A DNA stretch of 64,000 nucleotides, taken from the human T2T-CHM13v2.0 reference genome, Homo sapiens. Of the stretch, positions 28,109 through 41,905 are shown in pieces (the stretch's first letter is position 1; each line of letters begins with the position of its first letter). The notes beneath the pieces were generated by a model, which was given only the letters and a program-made list of their open reading frames with translations, had not been told where the DNA came from and made no database searches. The position numbers and the translations under genes were made by a program. The stretch lies in the NCBI RefSeq assembly GCF_009914755.1, contig NC_060932.1; one strand, written 5' to 3'.

Positions 28109-29947
28109 TAGGTCTTGTTTTTTTAATCCAACCTGCCAGTCTGTGGCTTTTAAGTGGGGTGTTAAGACCATTTACATTCAATGTTAATGTTGATATGTGA
28201 AATTTTGATCCTATCATGAAGTTATTAGCTGGTTGCTTTGTAGTTTTTATTGTGTGGTTGCTTTACAGAGTCTGTGGGCTACGTATTTAAGTGTCTTGAG
28301 GGAGCAGATATTATTCTTTCATTTCCATGTTTAGCACTCCTCCCTTAAGGAGTTCTTGTAAAGTTAGTCTCTTTGTGCTTACTTGTCTGGAAAATATTTT
28401 ATTTCTCCTTCGTTTATGAAGCTTAGTTTGATGGGATATGAAATTCTTGATTGAAGTATCATTTCTTTAAGAATGCTGAAAATAGGTCCCCAATCTCTCC
28501 TGGCTTGTATGACTTTTGCTGAGAAGTCTCCTATTAGCACAATGGAGTTCCCTTTGTACATAATCTGACGTTTTTCTCTAGTTGCCTTTAAAATTTTTCC
28601 TTTAGCATTAATCATAGACAGACTGGTGATTATATGCCTTGGTGATATTTGTTTTATATAGCATCTTGCAGGTGTTCTCTGGATTTCTTGTATCTGAATG
28701 TGTATGTCTTTAGGAAGATGAGGAAATTTCTCTTGAATTATTCCCTCAAATATGTTTTCCAGGTTGTCTTCTTTTTATCCATCTCTCTCAGGAATACCAA
28801 TAATCCATAGGCTTTGTTGCTGTACATAGTCCAATATTTCTTGAAGACTGTTCATTTTTGTAGTTCTTTTTTCTTCATTTTTTTCTGACTGGACTAATTC
28901 AAAAGACTAATCTTCAGGCTCTGAATTCTTTCTTCTACTTGTTTCAGTCTATTGATAAAAGTTTCAATTGTATTTTGAAGTTCCTTAATTGAGTTTTTTA
29001 GTTACGGTAGCTCTGATTGACTTATTTTTAAGATATTTATTTCTTATTTTATTTGCTGGATTTATTTAGAAGTTTCTTTGTGTTGATTTCAACCTTATCT
29101 TGGATCTCATTAAGCTTCCTTGCTATCTATGCTTTGAATTCTTCATCTGTCATTTCTGATTTTCCATTTTGGTTAAGGACCATGGCTGGAAAGCTAGTGC
29201 AATCCTTTGGCGGTGTCACTATAGTGAGATTTTTCAGGCCCTAGAATTCTTGCACTGGTTCTTTGTCATCTGGAGATGCTGGCACTTCCAATTTTTGTAA
29301 TTATTTTCCTGTGGTTAGGATGTTTTCTTCTTCTTTCTTTATGTTATTGTTTTTTTCCTTCTTTCCATTTCCCTGCTTCCTTAGGGGATGTGGCTGCAGA
29401 GAATTTTGGCTAGGGCCTCCTGGCCTTGCATTTATAGCCCTATGCACTTCTGTCAGCAGGTTTTTTACTGGGTTATGCAGTTCCACTCCACCCTTCCTGT
29501 GCGGAGATCTGCATGCAGAGGGACCCTCTCTGCTTTATGCCAGGCAGATCTGCAGGCACTTGGAACACCAGTTCACCTTGTTCAGTTGATATTACCCAGA
29601 TGTTGCTTATAGGTAAGAGCTGGCTGTGGCCAATGCAGCTGGGTATGTACTTGATCCTTGTTTACTGGAAGAAGATATCTGTTGCCTCTGACAATGCACT
29701 GATTTATGGAGTGCACAGTGGTCTGAGCTCCCTGCTCAGCCCTGGGTGGTGGAGGGGCAAGATGAGTAGAGTTGGACTGGGAAGGTCCACCTGCAGATCC
29801 TCCAATGGCAGGCATAAGTACCACTACTGAGGGAGCATCTAGTGAGTGGCCACCAAGTGCCCAAAGGTATGCCTAGGTGTGGAGCTGAGAAACCTCTTCA
29901 GCCCCAGTCCTCTGCATGGGAATGAGGATAGTGGGTACTCTAGGTTC

Positions 29948-30470
29948 CTGGAGATCTGCCTAGGTATGAGGTGGAGAGGGCCCCTCTGCACCCAGATCTC
30001 TGCACAGGAAAGGTGGATCAGCTCAGGCTGCTGAATCAGGTGAGCTGTTCCAAATACTTGAAGATCTGCCTGGGTATGAAGCAGAGAGGGTCCCTCTGCA
30101 CCCGGATCTTTGCACAGGAAGGGTGGGGTGGCTCAGGTTGTCAATCCAGGTGAGGAGATACTTTGAATGCCTGGAGATCTGCTGGGCATGGAGCGGAGAC
30201 GGCCCGACTACACCACAATCTATATATAGGAAAGGTGGGGCAGCTCAGGCTGCTGATCCAGGCGAGGGGTGCTCTGAATACCTGGAGAGACCTGCCTGGG
30301 TATGGAGCAGAGAGGGACCTGCTACACCATGTTTATGTCCCATGCTACACCATGTCCACGTCCATGAAGGGTCAGGCAGCTCAGGCTGCTGGTCCAGGCA
30401 GGTGGGTGCTCCGAGTGCCTGGATTTCTGCCTAGGGGTGGAACAGAGAAGACCTTGCTGCACCATGATCT
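29948..30470. repeat. Degenerate ~111-bp tandem array in the L1 5'UTR (4 full units + partial)
   Basis: Recurrent CTGGAGATCTGCCTGGGTATGGAGCAGAGAGGG...GCAGCTCAGGCTGCTGATCCAGG at ~29948, 30058, 30171, 30282 and 30419. Confidence 0.8.
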
Positions 30471-33400
30471 CTGGGGAGCAGGCTGGGGCACCCAGCAAGG
30501 ACACATGCAGACTGATTCCAGGTCACCAAGCTGGCCCTAGCTGCAAGTCTTGCCACCCAGGAGAAACTACAGCTGTAGCAGCTCTCTCCTGCCCCAGCCT
30601 TGTGATAGGAGAGAGCACAATTCCAGTGCCTACTGCTGAGGTACTTCCCAAATTGTGGCTATGTAATTCCCTACCCCACTCCAGGGCAGGTGCTCCAATC
30701 TCTTGGCAGAGACTAAAATGCTTCCACAGCCAGGCTGGTAGGTTGACAAAGAATGGCTGACTGTGTATGCATCTGGATTTAAAATGGCATCCTGCTTTAG
30801 GTCCCGGGTCTGGGAAAATGCCTGCAGCTTTTTCTGGTGTCTTTCCCTCACAGTGTCTCCAAGCCTCTCCCCAGTTTATTCAGAGCTTGGGAGAAACAAA
30901 GTGCTTTCCCTTGGCCTGGGTTGCTTGGATCCCCAGTGGAAAGGTAAGTCACAGAGGAAGGTTTTCTGCCTCTTTCACATACTGGGGCTTCACACACTTT
31001 TAGTAGCCAGATACTGTCACAGGAGCTGTTTGCCCACATTATCCTCCCTGGGATCTGGGGTGTCCTTCACAATTCCAGTGGATTCCCATTTTCCTTCCTG
31101 AATTAAAGCTCACAAAATTGATCTTTAGGCACTATCTTGTTATTTCCCAGTTGCTGAGGCATGCTAAAAGCCTCTAATCTTGGAGGGCAAAAACTCCTTT
31201 CTAACTTTCTATAATAAAATCTGATAGATATTTATGTTTGTTTATTTGCAATTTAAAGTGTCAGCTTTATTCTACAAATGTAAATAGGTGGAAGGAGATA
31301 GCTGTGGGGTCTCTAATGCCTGTCCTCCAGGGAAGACAGCTGGGTTCACAGTTGTCTTCCCCAGGATCAGTTAGAGAAGCTGGAGAATCCCATTAATCTC
31401 TTTTAAGGAATCCCTACGTATGTAGGGATACCTTTGTATGGCAAAGGTAGTGTTGAAGAGTCTTTTTGTGACTTACCAATTCATGAGGCACATAAGCACC
31501 AAGGAGCCAGCATTGTACATATTTTACTTAATCCAAATTCATTGTAAATGAGAAGTATAAAATGATATTTAGAAACTATTGTCCAATGGAAGAGAAAAAT
31601 CAAATGGGATCACTGACATACTCAATTTTAGCTTAAGTTAAAAAGAAAAGGTGATAAAATTATATTTTTGTTTAAGTACCTAGGTATCTACTATGATTTT
31701 AGAATGCCACATGGTGGTTATCAATTCATTAGACAGAGGCTTGAAATGTATTTGTATACATATGTAGATGCATATAATTTTAATGAATTATCTTTTTGCC
31801 ATTAAATTCTATGTATAGCTTATCTCAGCAGTATTGGTTTTTGGTAATATATTGTTTGATAAATCTTTGGAAAAGTTATCATGAAATCCATTGTTGTTCT
31901 ATTCAAGCAGCCAGAAAGCACTTTATTTTAAGCATGATTCAGGTGGTAGAAAGAATAAAATCAGTTTTGTGTTGGTGTTGCTGCTTTTTCACTCTGAAAA
32001 AGATTTTTGTTGCGTTAAAGCCATTTTGCTTCTCGAAGTGAATCTTCTTTCCTATATTTTCAGTAAGGTTTCTTATGGGCATTTTCAAATAAAATATATA
32101 AGTGGAGACATATTAAACCAGTAATATTGCTTTCCAGGTGTTCAGTTTCAACTTCAAAACACAAAGAAAAATGTCAAATAGGACTTAGAATAAAGTTGCA
32201 CTAGGTTTTTAAGACTTACAACATTCACTTATGGAACTACTCATATTTTAAGACAAATATAAAAATGTTCCCCCTGGTGAAATGTTTTCTATTATATGAT
32301 ACGTAGTTAAATCAATGAGAAATAAGAGCAAGAATAGACAAATACTAAAGAGAAGCTTCATTGTGCAAATATCCGCAGAAAAACCTTGAAAAACATACCT
32401 CCCAGTTGTAAATATTACAGCTGAGTTTACACAAAATGTCTATTAAAGCCAGTGGGAGTCATGCATTCATACATTTCTGGCTAGTATAGGAGTTTTTAAT
32501 AATCACTAAAGCCTTATATAAAGGTCTGTGTGATTCCTTGTCTTAATTATTTTAAGTAGCAGTTCCTGTTTCAAGGTCCAACTTTTCTGCTGATTCAATG
32601 TTTTGAAACATCAATTTCTGAAAATAAGGGGATAATCACTATTTCAGTTGTAAATTAGTAGGTATCACATTTGCTTTTGTAAACTTGATTTGCAATTGTT
32701 GTTTAAGCATTTACCTATTAGCATAACAACAGATAACCTCGTATTATGTTTTGGTAATGACTATGTAGACATTTTATCTGTGAGAGGGCTAATGCCTGTC
32801 ATGAATCAACCCACTAGTAACTTGTGCTTAATTTAAATCTGGTTTTAGCCTAATGGTTTGCTTATCTCACTTTGAGGGGCTGTTAAAGATCAAAAATAAT
32901 TTAGAATTTTAAAAATTTGTATTACTTTTCAGAAATAGAAAAATCATGTTATAAAGAATCAACTAAAGCAGTTTGAACACAACAGATTTGATGAAGGCCA
33001 TCTACGTTTGCTGCCTCCATAACTTGCCTTCCTTAACCTATTTATCTGCAGATGCTGTAGAAGAACCTCTTCTGCAAGACCATTCATTCATGCCTTGAGA
33101 CAGTATGAATCAAGCTGACTTTTTTTTTTTTCCAAGGAGTTTTTAAGTAAGTAAATGAATATACCAGTCAGGAGATGAAAGAGAAGTCCAGCCTAAAGAT
33201 GCAAATATAGAAGATACCAGTATTTTAGTAGTTGGTAAAACCAAGGCAGTGTGTGAGATCATCTAGGAAAAAGATTATCTATCAGTTTTCTAAAGCCCAT
33301 GCCTTTTTTGAATAAACAGAACACCTTTTCCCCCACCCCATCATCATTGAGAATCTTAGCCTCAACATCCACCTAGTTCCAGCTTTGTTTTTGTGTTCTA

Positions 33401-36400
33401 CATTATAAAACCAACATTTTTGGCTTCATTTTCAAATTACTATAATATTTAACATGCCTTTTCAGACTATATATGTGACACCCCTGATGAATAAGAAGAG
33501 CAGCCAGCTGAGAAGGGGAACTCTACAAAGCTATTTTTTCAACAGCTGTGACTGACCCACTCACCTCACAGGGTGGGTAAGAGCAGCAAACCATATAGAT
33601 CTCTACTTATATGAAAACCATGTAGGTAGAGATCTTTGAGACTCAGTATATAAATGCCAGAATTTACACGACACTCTTGCTAAAAACAGATAATATCCAT
33701 TTCTAAGAATGTGTGCAAAGGGAAATTTTTATGTTAGCACTTGCTTTTGGAAAGTCTAGCATGGTATATTACAGCGATTAGTAGTTCTATTCATTGTAAA
33801 ATTTCAACCAGATAGCTGCAAAGTAACTCACGGTAGATATATTTTATTACCAGCATTCAAACCATTCTCCTCTCTCTTAATATTTAATAGTTCTCTAATT
33901 CTAAATTTAGCAAGTCAAGTGGAGCAGCTCATGAACAGTGTAGGTGGTAGTATGGGTATCCTTTATTCAGCGTGGGCAGTCTTGGCTTCACTGTCAAGAT
34001 TTTGTTGAACTCCATGGATTGGTTTACAAATATGTAATTGCTCTGTATATTATGCTGTTTACAGTGAATGTCAAGGCCTTTACTGACACCAATATCAGTA
34101 AAATATATTCTACAAAAAAAACAGCATTTTTTACTTTTAAATCAATAGTTCATGTGTACATTATTTAGAAATTTGAGGGAGATTGGGTTACTATTTAATG
34201 TGTTTTGTCAGAGTGCTAAGAGTATTTCTAAACTCGCCTTAACTAAGTCTCCTCCCCTGATACCTCTGAGAGGTGTATTCTCCCAAAGCAAATGATTCAA
34301 GGGAGAAAGTAACTAAGCAACAACAGTTAAAAAAAAAAAAACTTTATTAGTTAGGAATTTAGCTTCAAGCCACTCTACAAAGCTCTAGTAAGCTTGGCTG
34401 AGTACATGAAAGGCTTCTTTTTCCTGAGCTTATTAGGCCTGAATAGCCTCAAGCTAAGGCAGGCTCTTAGGATGCTCTCTCTTCATTTCTTTTCCTTTTC
34501 TTAGACTCCAGTGGGCACTAATGGAAATGGAGAGAAAGACAAACAAGATGACCCTGTTAGCTCCCTGTGTACTGCAGATGTGGTGTAGGCTGTGCTCCGA
34601 ACTTAGAGAGAAGAAGGAAGAGAGGACAACCCCTCTATCCCCAAATTCTCTTCCAACCCTGTTCTGCCAGCCATCTGATTGGAAGCAAGAGGGAAGGGAG
34701 GCCTGTGGTGACCTCTCTCTTGACAACAGGGGAAAACCTGACCCTAGAAAAATCAGCTCAATCAATATCATGTGATCTTATCAAAGCAAGCAACCCTACT
34801 CCCTAAACTGGTGGAAAGGGTGTGAATGTCAACTAGAGTTCTATACTTTAAAAACAACAAAAATATTGCAAATTTTGAGTATCCTTCCTAAAGAAAACAA
34901 CATATTGTAATCTTGTTTTCTGTTAGATAAATCTCTGTTAAAAAGAAGCTTTGTTGGAACTCTCAAGTCTCTAAAAAATAAATCAGCCATCTTTTGATTG
35001 CTTAGGGACCCATGAAAAAGTCTGAGCACACACGCATTCTTTACGATGAGTCTCTGGCACTAAACCAGAGCCCTAGTGAGTGAGGCTGAGTCATGGCATT
35101 CCGCAAAGTCTCCTTTTGTGCCGCTGGCCTAAAGCCTAGATGAAAAGAAAGCAAAGAGGCTCCTTTGATTCCACTGCCCTAGGCCTACGCCCTAATTGTT
35201 GCTTTCAGAGTCTTGTAACTTCAGCAGTAAGAAGGGGGAAAGTCAAGTTTAAGAAAGAAAAGTGCCAAGGGTAAAAGATCAGTTCTCCTTCATAACGTAA
35301 AACTGATCTTACCTGTGTTACCCAGTCATGAGCCATTGGTGTGCATGTGTGAGTGTGTGTGTTGGGGGAAAAGGGAGCATTTTAATATGAAAACTATGTG
35401 AAAAGACACACTCTATAAGAGACAAAGAACAGCAAATCCCACAGAATGCTAAAGGTGCCAAAGGTAGAGCTGTTTACTTGTCTGCGAATCTCTTGGAAAC
35501 CTTCAGCCAACAGCTGACTGGCTCAGCTTCCAAATTGTATCTTCCTTTGGCTCTCTGGCCTTCTCCCACTGAGATACTCATCATGTTGTATTATTCTTCA
35601 ACAGCCATCATTTTCCTAGACTGGAAGCTACCCGAGGGCCAAAACATGTCTGTCTTGTTCTCCAGCACTTATTAGGCACTCAATAGATTTTGTTTTTCCT
35701 GTTGAATGGCATTTAATCATACACTTGACTGTAACCTTTATTCAGAACACTATTGGGGAAGGTATTTAGGGGAGGGCTTCATCATGTCTCCTAAAGCATA
35801 GAGTCTTTAACCAAGATTAACTCTGGAAGTATTATCATTTAAATAACTGATTATGTTAGGAAAATTAAACTCATAATTACACACACACACACATTTTAAT
35901 TTGTTAGCCTCTCAGACTAGGTTTTATGAGTCTGTAGCCCAATGAACCATCCTTTTTTTGTATGCTCACTTGTAATTTCATTATGAAAATTTTTGTTTCA
36001 GCTAGACTGTAAACCACGAGAGTACAGAAGACTGTGTCTTGTTTATTGCTGGATTCCTTGGGCCCAACACCTGGCCTAACATATATTAGATATTCAATAG
36101 CCATTCACTGGATAAATGAATGAAACACTCAGCAATCCCTTTTTGCAGACAAATCAGTAATCTCTTTTTGTCACTTTGCTCATTTGATTACCTCCAGGTT
36201 TTCATTCAAAGACCATTAGAGGTCTAATGTGTATGCTAACTATTGTAGTTGCTGCAGCTATTCATGATCAGTTATGTTTATGCTTCAGTAATTCTTATAT
36301 TTCATTAGAAAGAGAAGGAAAAATAAATTGTTACATTACTATTTCAGAAATTAATTTTAGAAGATATCTGAAACTCAACTCCAAAGTACATACCTCTAAC

Positions 36401-39400
36401 TTTTTGATATTATAAAATGGTGCATACATCTCTATCTGCAATATATAATACATCTATATAATTCTGGACAGTATAATACAGTTTTTACTGCATGAAAATT
36501 TATCAATAAAGTTACATATAAGTAAAATTTTAAACTATAGGCCAAATTTATTTTTGTATTTACACGTGGTCACAAATAACCCTTGGTGCACAATGGTATT
36601 TCTATTCTAGATAATCCCCACAGTTCCACTTATGTAAAGTACCTTACAAAAAGATCTTTTCAGTATTTAATCTAGACATAGATATCAAAAATGATTCTTC
36701 ATTTTTTGAATTACTGAATTTTCAACAGATTATACCTTATGTTTAATCAAAAAAGATGAATAGGACTGGAAAAGTCAATTATAAAAGCAGTTGCTGCTTG
36801 CTAGTCTTACACAAATTTTTATATTTCTTTAAAGTGGAAATTTGAGACAGCAGAAGATAGTGATAAATTCTTACATATGATGCGTGTGCTTTTTTTTAAA
36901 AAAACAAATTTATGTATCATTTTTATGTTAGATGCCTTTTAATTTACATTGTCAAATTATAAGGCCCTCAGTATTAAAAGGAATCCAGAAAGATGTTCGT
37001 TCTGAGAAAAAAAAATGGTAATTTAAATACCGTATTGCTATTTAATCCAGGAAAGTTCAACTTTGCTCAATTCATAAACATTTAAACATAATTTATTTCC
37101 ATAATAGGAACAGCTATGCAGAGGAGGAATGACAAGTAGAAGAGGGGAAAAGGGAAAATATAAACAAAAAAAACAGTACATTTCACACAAAAGCAGAGGA
37201 ACAGAAAGTGAAATCTGAGATGTGAGTAAAGTACTCTTGTTACACCATGTTAACCACTTAGGCTGTAAGATTCAGCATGTGACACAATTTTCTGAGGCTT
37301 TTGAAGTAGTAATACTAATTAGACGATTAAGTATAGTACTATTAACCTTGACCCTGGAAGCTCCAGGAGCTTTCATTAATTATTTATTCATGGAGCTCAG
37401 ACTATACTACTCTGGAGGTACAGAGATGACTATTTGCCTTCAAGGGATATACAGCCAATTAGAGAAGACAGACAAGTAATCAGAGGATGCTAATATAGTT
37501 TAATATGTACTATAATACTGGAAATGCTATTTTGTGGCAAAACATGCTAAGAAAAGAGTCCAAAAACTCTTTTTCAGGATTTCATGTGTTGGATGTTAAA
37601 ATGGCATTTTACAGCTATTTTTTTAAAACTGGCATTAGTTGCACTTAAAATAAGCATTTCATAGCAATAATATTCAATATTATTTTATAGTTCCCTATAT
37701 AATAAATGAATACTATTTTAGTCACATATTATTTCAAGTCAGTGTGCAACTTTTTCCCACAGTTAATATGGGACCAGCTTATTTCATAATTGATATATCA
37801 GAGCAAATTCAGCAGAGTGGGAAGGAATGAATTTGACATTCAATTCCTTGCTTCAGAATATAGTAAAATGATAGCTCCTTTGAAGTTGCCCCCAACTTTT
37901 TCTGAGTTTGGGGTTCTGTGAATATATTTGGTTCTGGAAGAGTTACAACAGTGTTGCTGGAGGGTACTATAGCACTAAATACCATTTTGATACCTTTGTT
38001 TATATGGGTGATCATAGTGATAGCTTTTGATATAAAATCAGGTAAAGCTCTGGATACTTCAAAGGAATCACTCCACCATTTAAATTAGTATTTCCACTGA
38101 ACAAGGATCTGTGCAAAGGCTACTCCAAGTAGTGTCATGTGGAGGATGCAATAAACAGAGGTGCTATTGCCTAATTTGTTTCAGTAAGTATACATTAGGA
38201 TTAACCACTCAAAAACACTAATCACAGTTTGGGCAAACATCCTCTCCCTCCTCTGAAGAAGTCTAAGACTGAACTTAAAGGTAATTCTACCAGAACTCTG
38301 AAGACAGTGTTGTGTAAAATATTCCCAGTGAAAATAAATTAGTGGAGAAAAAAATCTTAAAGAGAGGGCAAACTGTATGCAGCAGAAATTAGCAAGAGCA
38401 GAGATACATTAGAAGGAACGGAGCTACAGCAGGAAGGGTTGGTGAAGAGATTAGCCTGAGACCAAAAGAAACTGAAAGGTGAAGAACTGGGGATTTTAGA
38501 AATGCATTGATAGCCAATTTGGCTTGATTTCAGTCACATATTTGATTTCTTCATTCTTACTCTTAGGAGTATGCCTAAGAACATGCTGCACTGTCTCTAC
38601 TCCTTCACCCACACCATCTCAAGCGAGGTGGAACCAATGATATATGTAGTAAATTTGATTAGGGTAAAAGTATCCTTGGCTGAGCTTCAGCCATCGTTCC
38701 TTTCAGGAGCATCATTTCTTGTGGAGAGCATATGTTCTCCTTCTCCTCCAAGGACAAGCTCTTTCTCCCATATAAGAAGACTCGTTTGGGTCCAATGCTG
38801 CCTTGAACTTGGTTAAATCTGCTGTATTCTGAGATCTGACATTATCAAATTCCTGTGGCTAACAGACATAAAGCTATATTCTCCAATCTGGCCTCTATTA
38901 TTAATAAAAATGTTACGTTAGTTTCTGTCTGTTATTCTTTTGTTTCTCAATGAGATCAGTATTGGGTGGGAGAAAGGACTGTTATCTCATGTGCCAATTA
39001 ATCATTTACTCATCAAGTATAGCATGCATTATGTGAGTGTGGCAGACTGCTAGTGGGCCCCCCAAATCTGCCCTTCCATTCTTAATCAGACATGGATATC
39101 CAGCTAGAGACCATATTTCCCATTCTCTTTGCACAAAATGTGACCATAGAGCTAAATATCACCATGGAAAGTGATCAGAAGCAATGAGTGCAACTTCTAC
39201 CTCACTTGCTTCAAAGGAAGTTACTTTCTCTTGTCTTCCTGTGGACTAGACCTTAGGAAAAGCTTCAAGCTAATTTGACTATTCAGAGGAGGACTGAGTC
39301 CCAGGGGTTAATAGAGCAGCATTGTGGAGGGAATCTGAGTTGCTGGATGTCCTTGGAGAGTAGACTTGGCCCACTATGCTACCTTGCCCTATTACATAAA

Positions 39401-40769
39401 AGTGAAATAAACATTTGTCTCATTTCCATTGTGTATTTGGGGATCTTTCTTAAAGAAGCTTAGCGTTTACCCTAATACCCAGGATCAAGTTGATTTGGCC
39501 TTAAATAATCACTGTTATAAGATGCAGAGAGGTAGATTGAATTTATCATACGAATGTCTTTAGTTACAAATTAGCCCTATGGGGTATAGCTACTATACTT
39601 CTTAGAGAAATGAGTGGCATAATTTTAATATAAATAATATGACAACTATTAGTATATTATTAATACATCCCAAGAATGGTATGTGAGACAAGAAGCTCCC
39701 TGGTTGTGCTTATATCTGTAAGAAAGGTAACTTAAGTAAACATAGGCTTGCTCTAATTCTGTTTACTTGAACCAGTTAATTTTCAGTTACATTAAGAAAG
39801 TTTAATTGATAAAATCCCTTAGGGCTTTCAGGCAGAGAGGACAGCAAGCATAAAGGTTCCTAAGCCAGGAATGAACTTGGCATGTGTGAGAGTCAAAAAG
39901 AGCAGTGTACCTGGTACATGATGGATAAAGAAGAGTTGTAAAGAATGAATTTAGGCAGATTGGCAGGGGCCAGATCAGACAAGTCCTTGAAAATCAGGAT
40001 AAGAAATTTGGATTTTATTCTAGGCATGATGGGAAGCCATTAGAAAACTTTAAGCAGCTAGATGGCATTAGTAGGTCTCTTTTTAAAAAAAAACACCCTA
40101 TCGAAAATTGATACAAAAAAAGCAGGAAAACTGGTTAGGGGATAGTGTAGTAACTTAGGCAACAGAGGACGGTGACTTGGGTAATGGTTCAGCCCTTTGG
40201 GAACACTAAACAATAATATATCAAAGATTTTATTTCATCTGGCACTCATTAGGCAGAACATTCCTTCACTCCCAAGCGCCAGAACTGCTCCTGGCTGCTC
40301 CCAACATGCCTTTGTTGTTGAAGAGTGAATGTCTTGGCTCAGCTCAGCAACCCCAAACAGAGGCCTGGATTGCAGCTGCTTGCTTATGTGAATACGGTCC
40401 ACAAAATGGATGTCTAGATTGCAGTTAATCAAATCAAACACCAGATAGCACTTTTTGTTTGGTGCTTCCAAAGCAAGTTGCTGCCAAGTCCAGTCATCAT
40501 TCTAAACCATTTTTAAAAGAGGCTTCTGCAGCTGCCTGGCTCTGGTGAGGCTTCTAATGGTAAGGCTATAGACAGATCACAGATGGGAGAGCTTCTGATA
40601 TTATTTGATCCAATGTGCTGAAAAAAAGAAAATAACAAAATTGGCAAGTGATAGGTATAGAAATGAGGTACCAGGAAATTGGAGCAGATGATGACCTAAA
40701 GAGCATACTAAAATAGACAGTAGATGCTTGTGATTTCCTTGAAAAGCTAGTCTGTCCGGAAAGGTGAGA

Positions 40770-41403
40770 CATATCAAAGTTGGGACTTTCAGGTCATAGG
40801 TGGATTCAAACTTTTTCTGATTAACAATTGATTGAGTTTATCTAAGACCTGGAATCATTAGAAGGGAGTGTCTGGGTTAAATAAGGGGTTGTGGAGACTA
40901 AGGTTTTTATTATGCAGATGAAGCCTCCAGGTAGCAGGCTTCAGAGAGAATAAATTGTAAATATTTCTTATCAGACTTAATAAGGTACTAGATTTTTAGT
41001 TCTCTCCTGGACAGAAAAAAGACCTGGAGAGGGAAGGGGATTCTCTACAGAATATAGATTTTTTTCCACAACAGACAGCTTTGCAGGACCATTTCAAAAT
41101 ATGTCAAAGAAATACATTTTGTGGTAAAATACTTTGATTTCTTTCAGGGCCTGCTGTCTGTCATACTGGTATTTTATTGTTACAAATAGCCTGTTATGTC
41201 AGTCTTCAGGTCTCTGTTGCAATGTTAATGCTGGTCAGCTGTGCCTGAATTCCAAAGAAAGGAAGATATAATGAAGCATGTGTGACCACCTATACCCATT
41301 GTGGCCTGAACTAGAGTTTCAGGTTTACTTTCCAATGTCCTTGACTGAGAGGAGAGATCCATTCAATTTGTTGCAGGGCTTAGAATTTTATTTTTGCTTT
41401 ACA
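40770..41403 (-). mobile_element. MER4-family (ERV1) LTR
   Basis: Ends ...CTTAGAATTTTATTTTTGCTTTACA, the reverse of the MER4 LTR start; internal TATGCAGATGAAGCCTCCAGGTAGCAGGCTTCAGAGAG. Left boundary approximate. Confidence 0.7.
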
Positions 41404-41905
41404 AAGATACAGAGATTTCCCATATACCCCCTACCCTTAAACGTGCATAGCCTGTCCATTATCAACATCCCACACCAGACTGGCACATTTGTTACCATCA
41501 GTGAACCTACACTGACAGATCATCATAACCCAAACTTCACAGTCTAGGTTAGGGTTCACTCTTGGGTTTGCACAAATGTATAATATCATGTATCTATCAC
41601 TGTAATATCATTTCCACTGCCCTAAAAATCCTCTGTGCTCTGCCTGTTCCTCTATCCCTTCCCTCAGCATCTGGCAACTACTGATCTTTTTTCTGTCTTC
41701 ACAGTTTTGTGGGAAGCATACCATAGCCTTTTCAGATTGGCTTCTTTCACTTAGTGACATGCGTTTAAGTTTCCTTCATGTCTTTTCATGAGTTGATAAC
41801 TCATTTCTTTTTAGTGCTGAGTAATATTCCATTGTCTGAATGTACCACAGTTTATTTATTCATTCCCTTACTGAAGAACATAGTGCTAGGTTATACGGTA
41901 AGAGT
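41404..41905 (-). mobile_element. Old L1M 3' fragment
   Basis: TTTCAGATTGGCTTCTTTCACTTAG...AATATTCCATTGTCTGAATGTACCACAGTTTATTTATTCATTC. Confidence 0.7.

Larger units (their letters stand above)
26547..31194 (-). mobile_element. Old L1 insertion (L1PB/L1MA-class): 5'UTR + ORF1 + ORF2 N-terminus, then a non-L1 polyadenylated tail
   Basis: ORF1p remnant AKGKILKATREKRQIMYKG...RISYPIKLSFINEGEIKYFPDK (28379-28615); ORF2 endonuclease-region remnants to ~26700; 14-bp TSD TCCTTTCTAACTTT at 26533-26546 and 31195-31208. Confidence 0.85.

Noticed and set aside
29948-30470. Regularly spaced repeats as a CRISPR-like array
   Set aside because: Eukaryotic context, no cas genes, and the whole units are homologous (no unique spacers); it lies in an L1 5'UTR.
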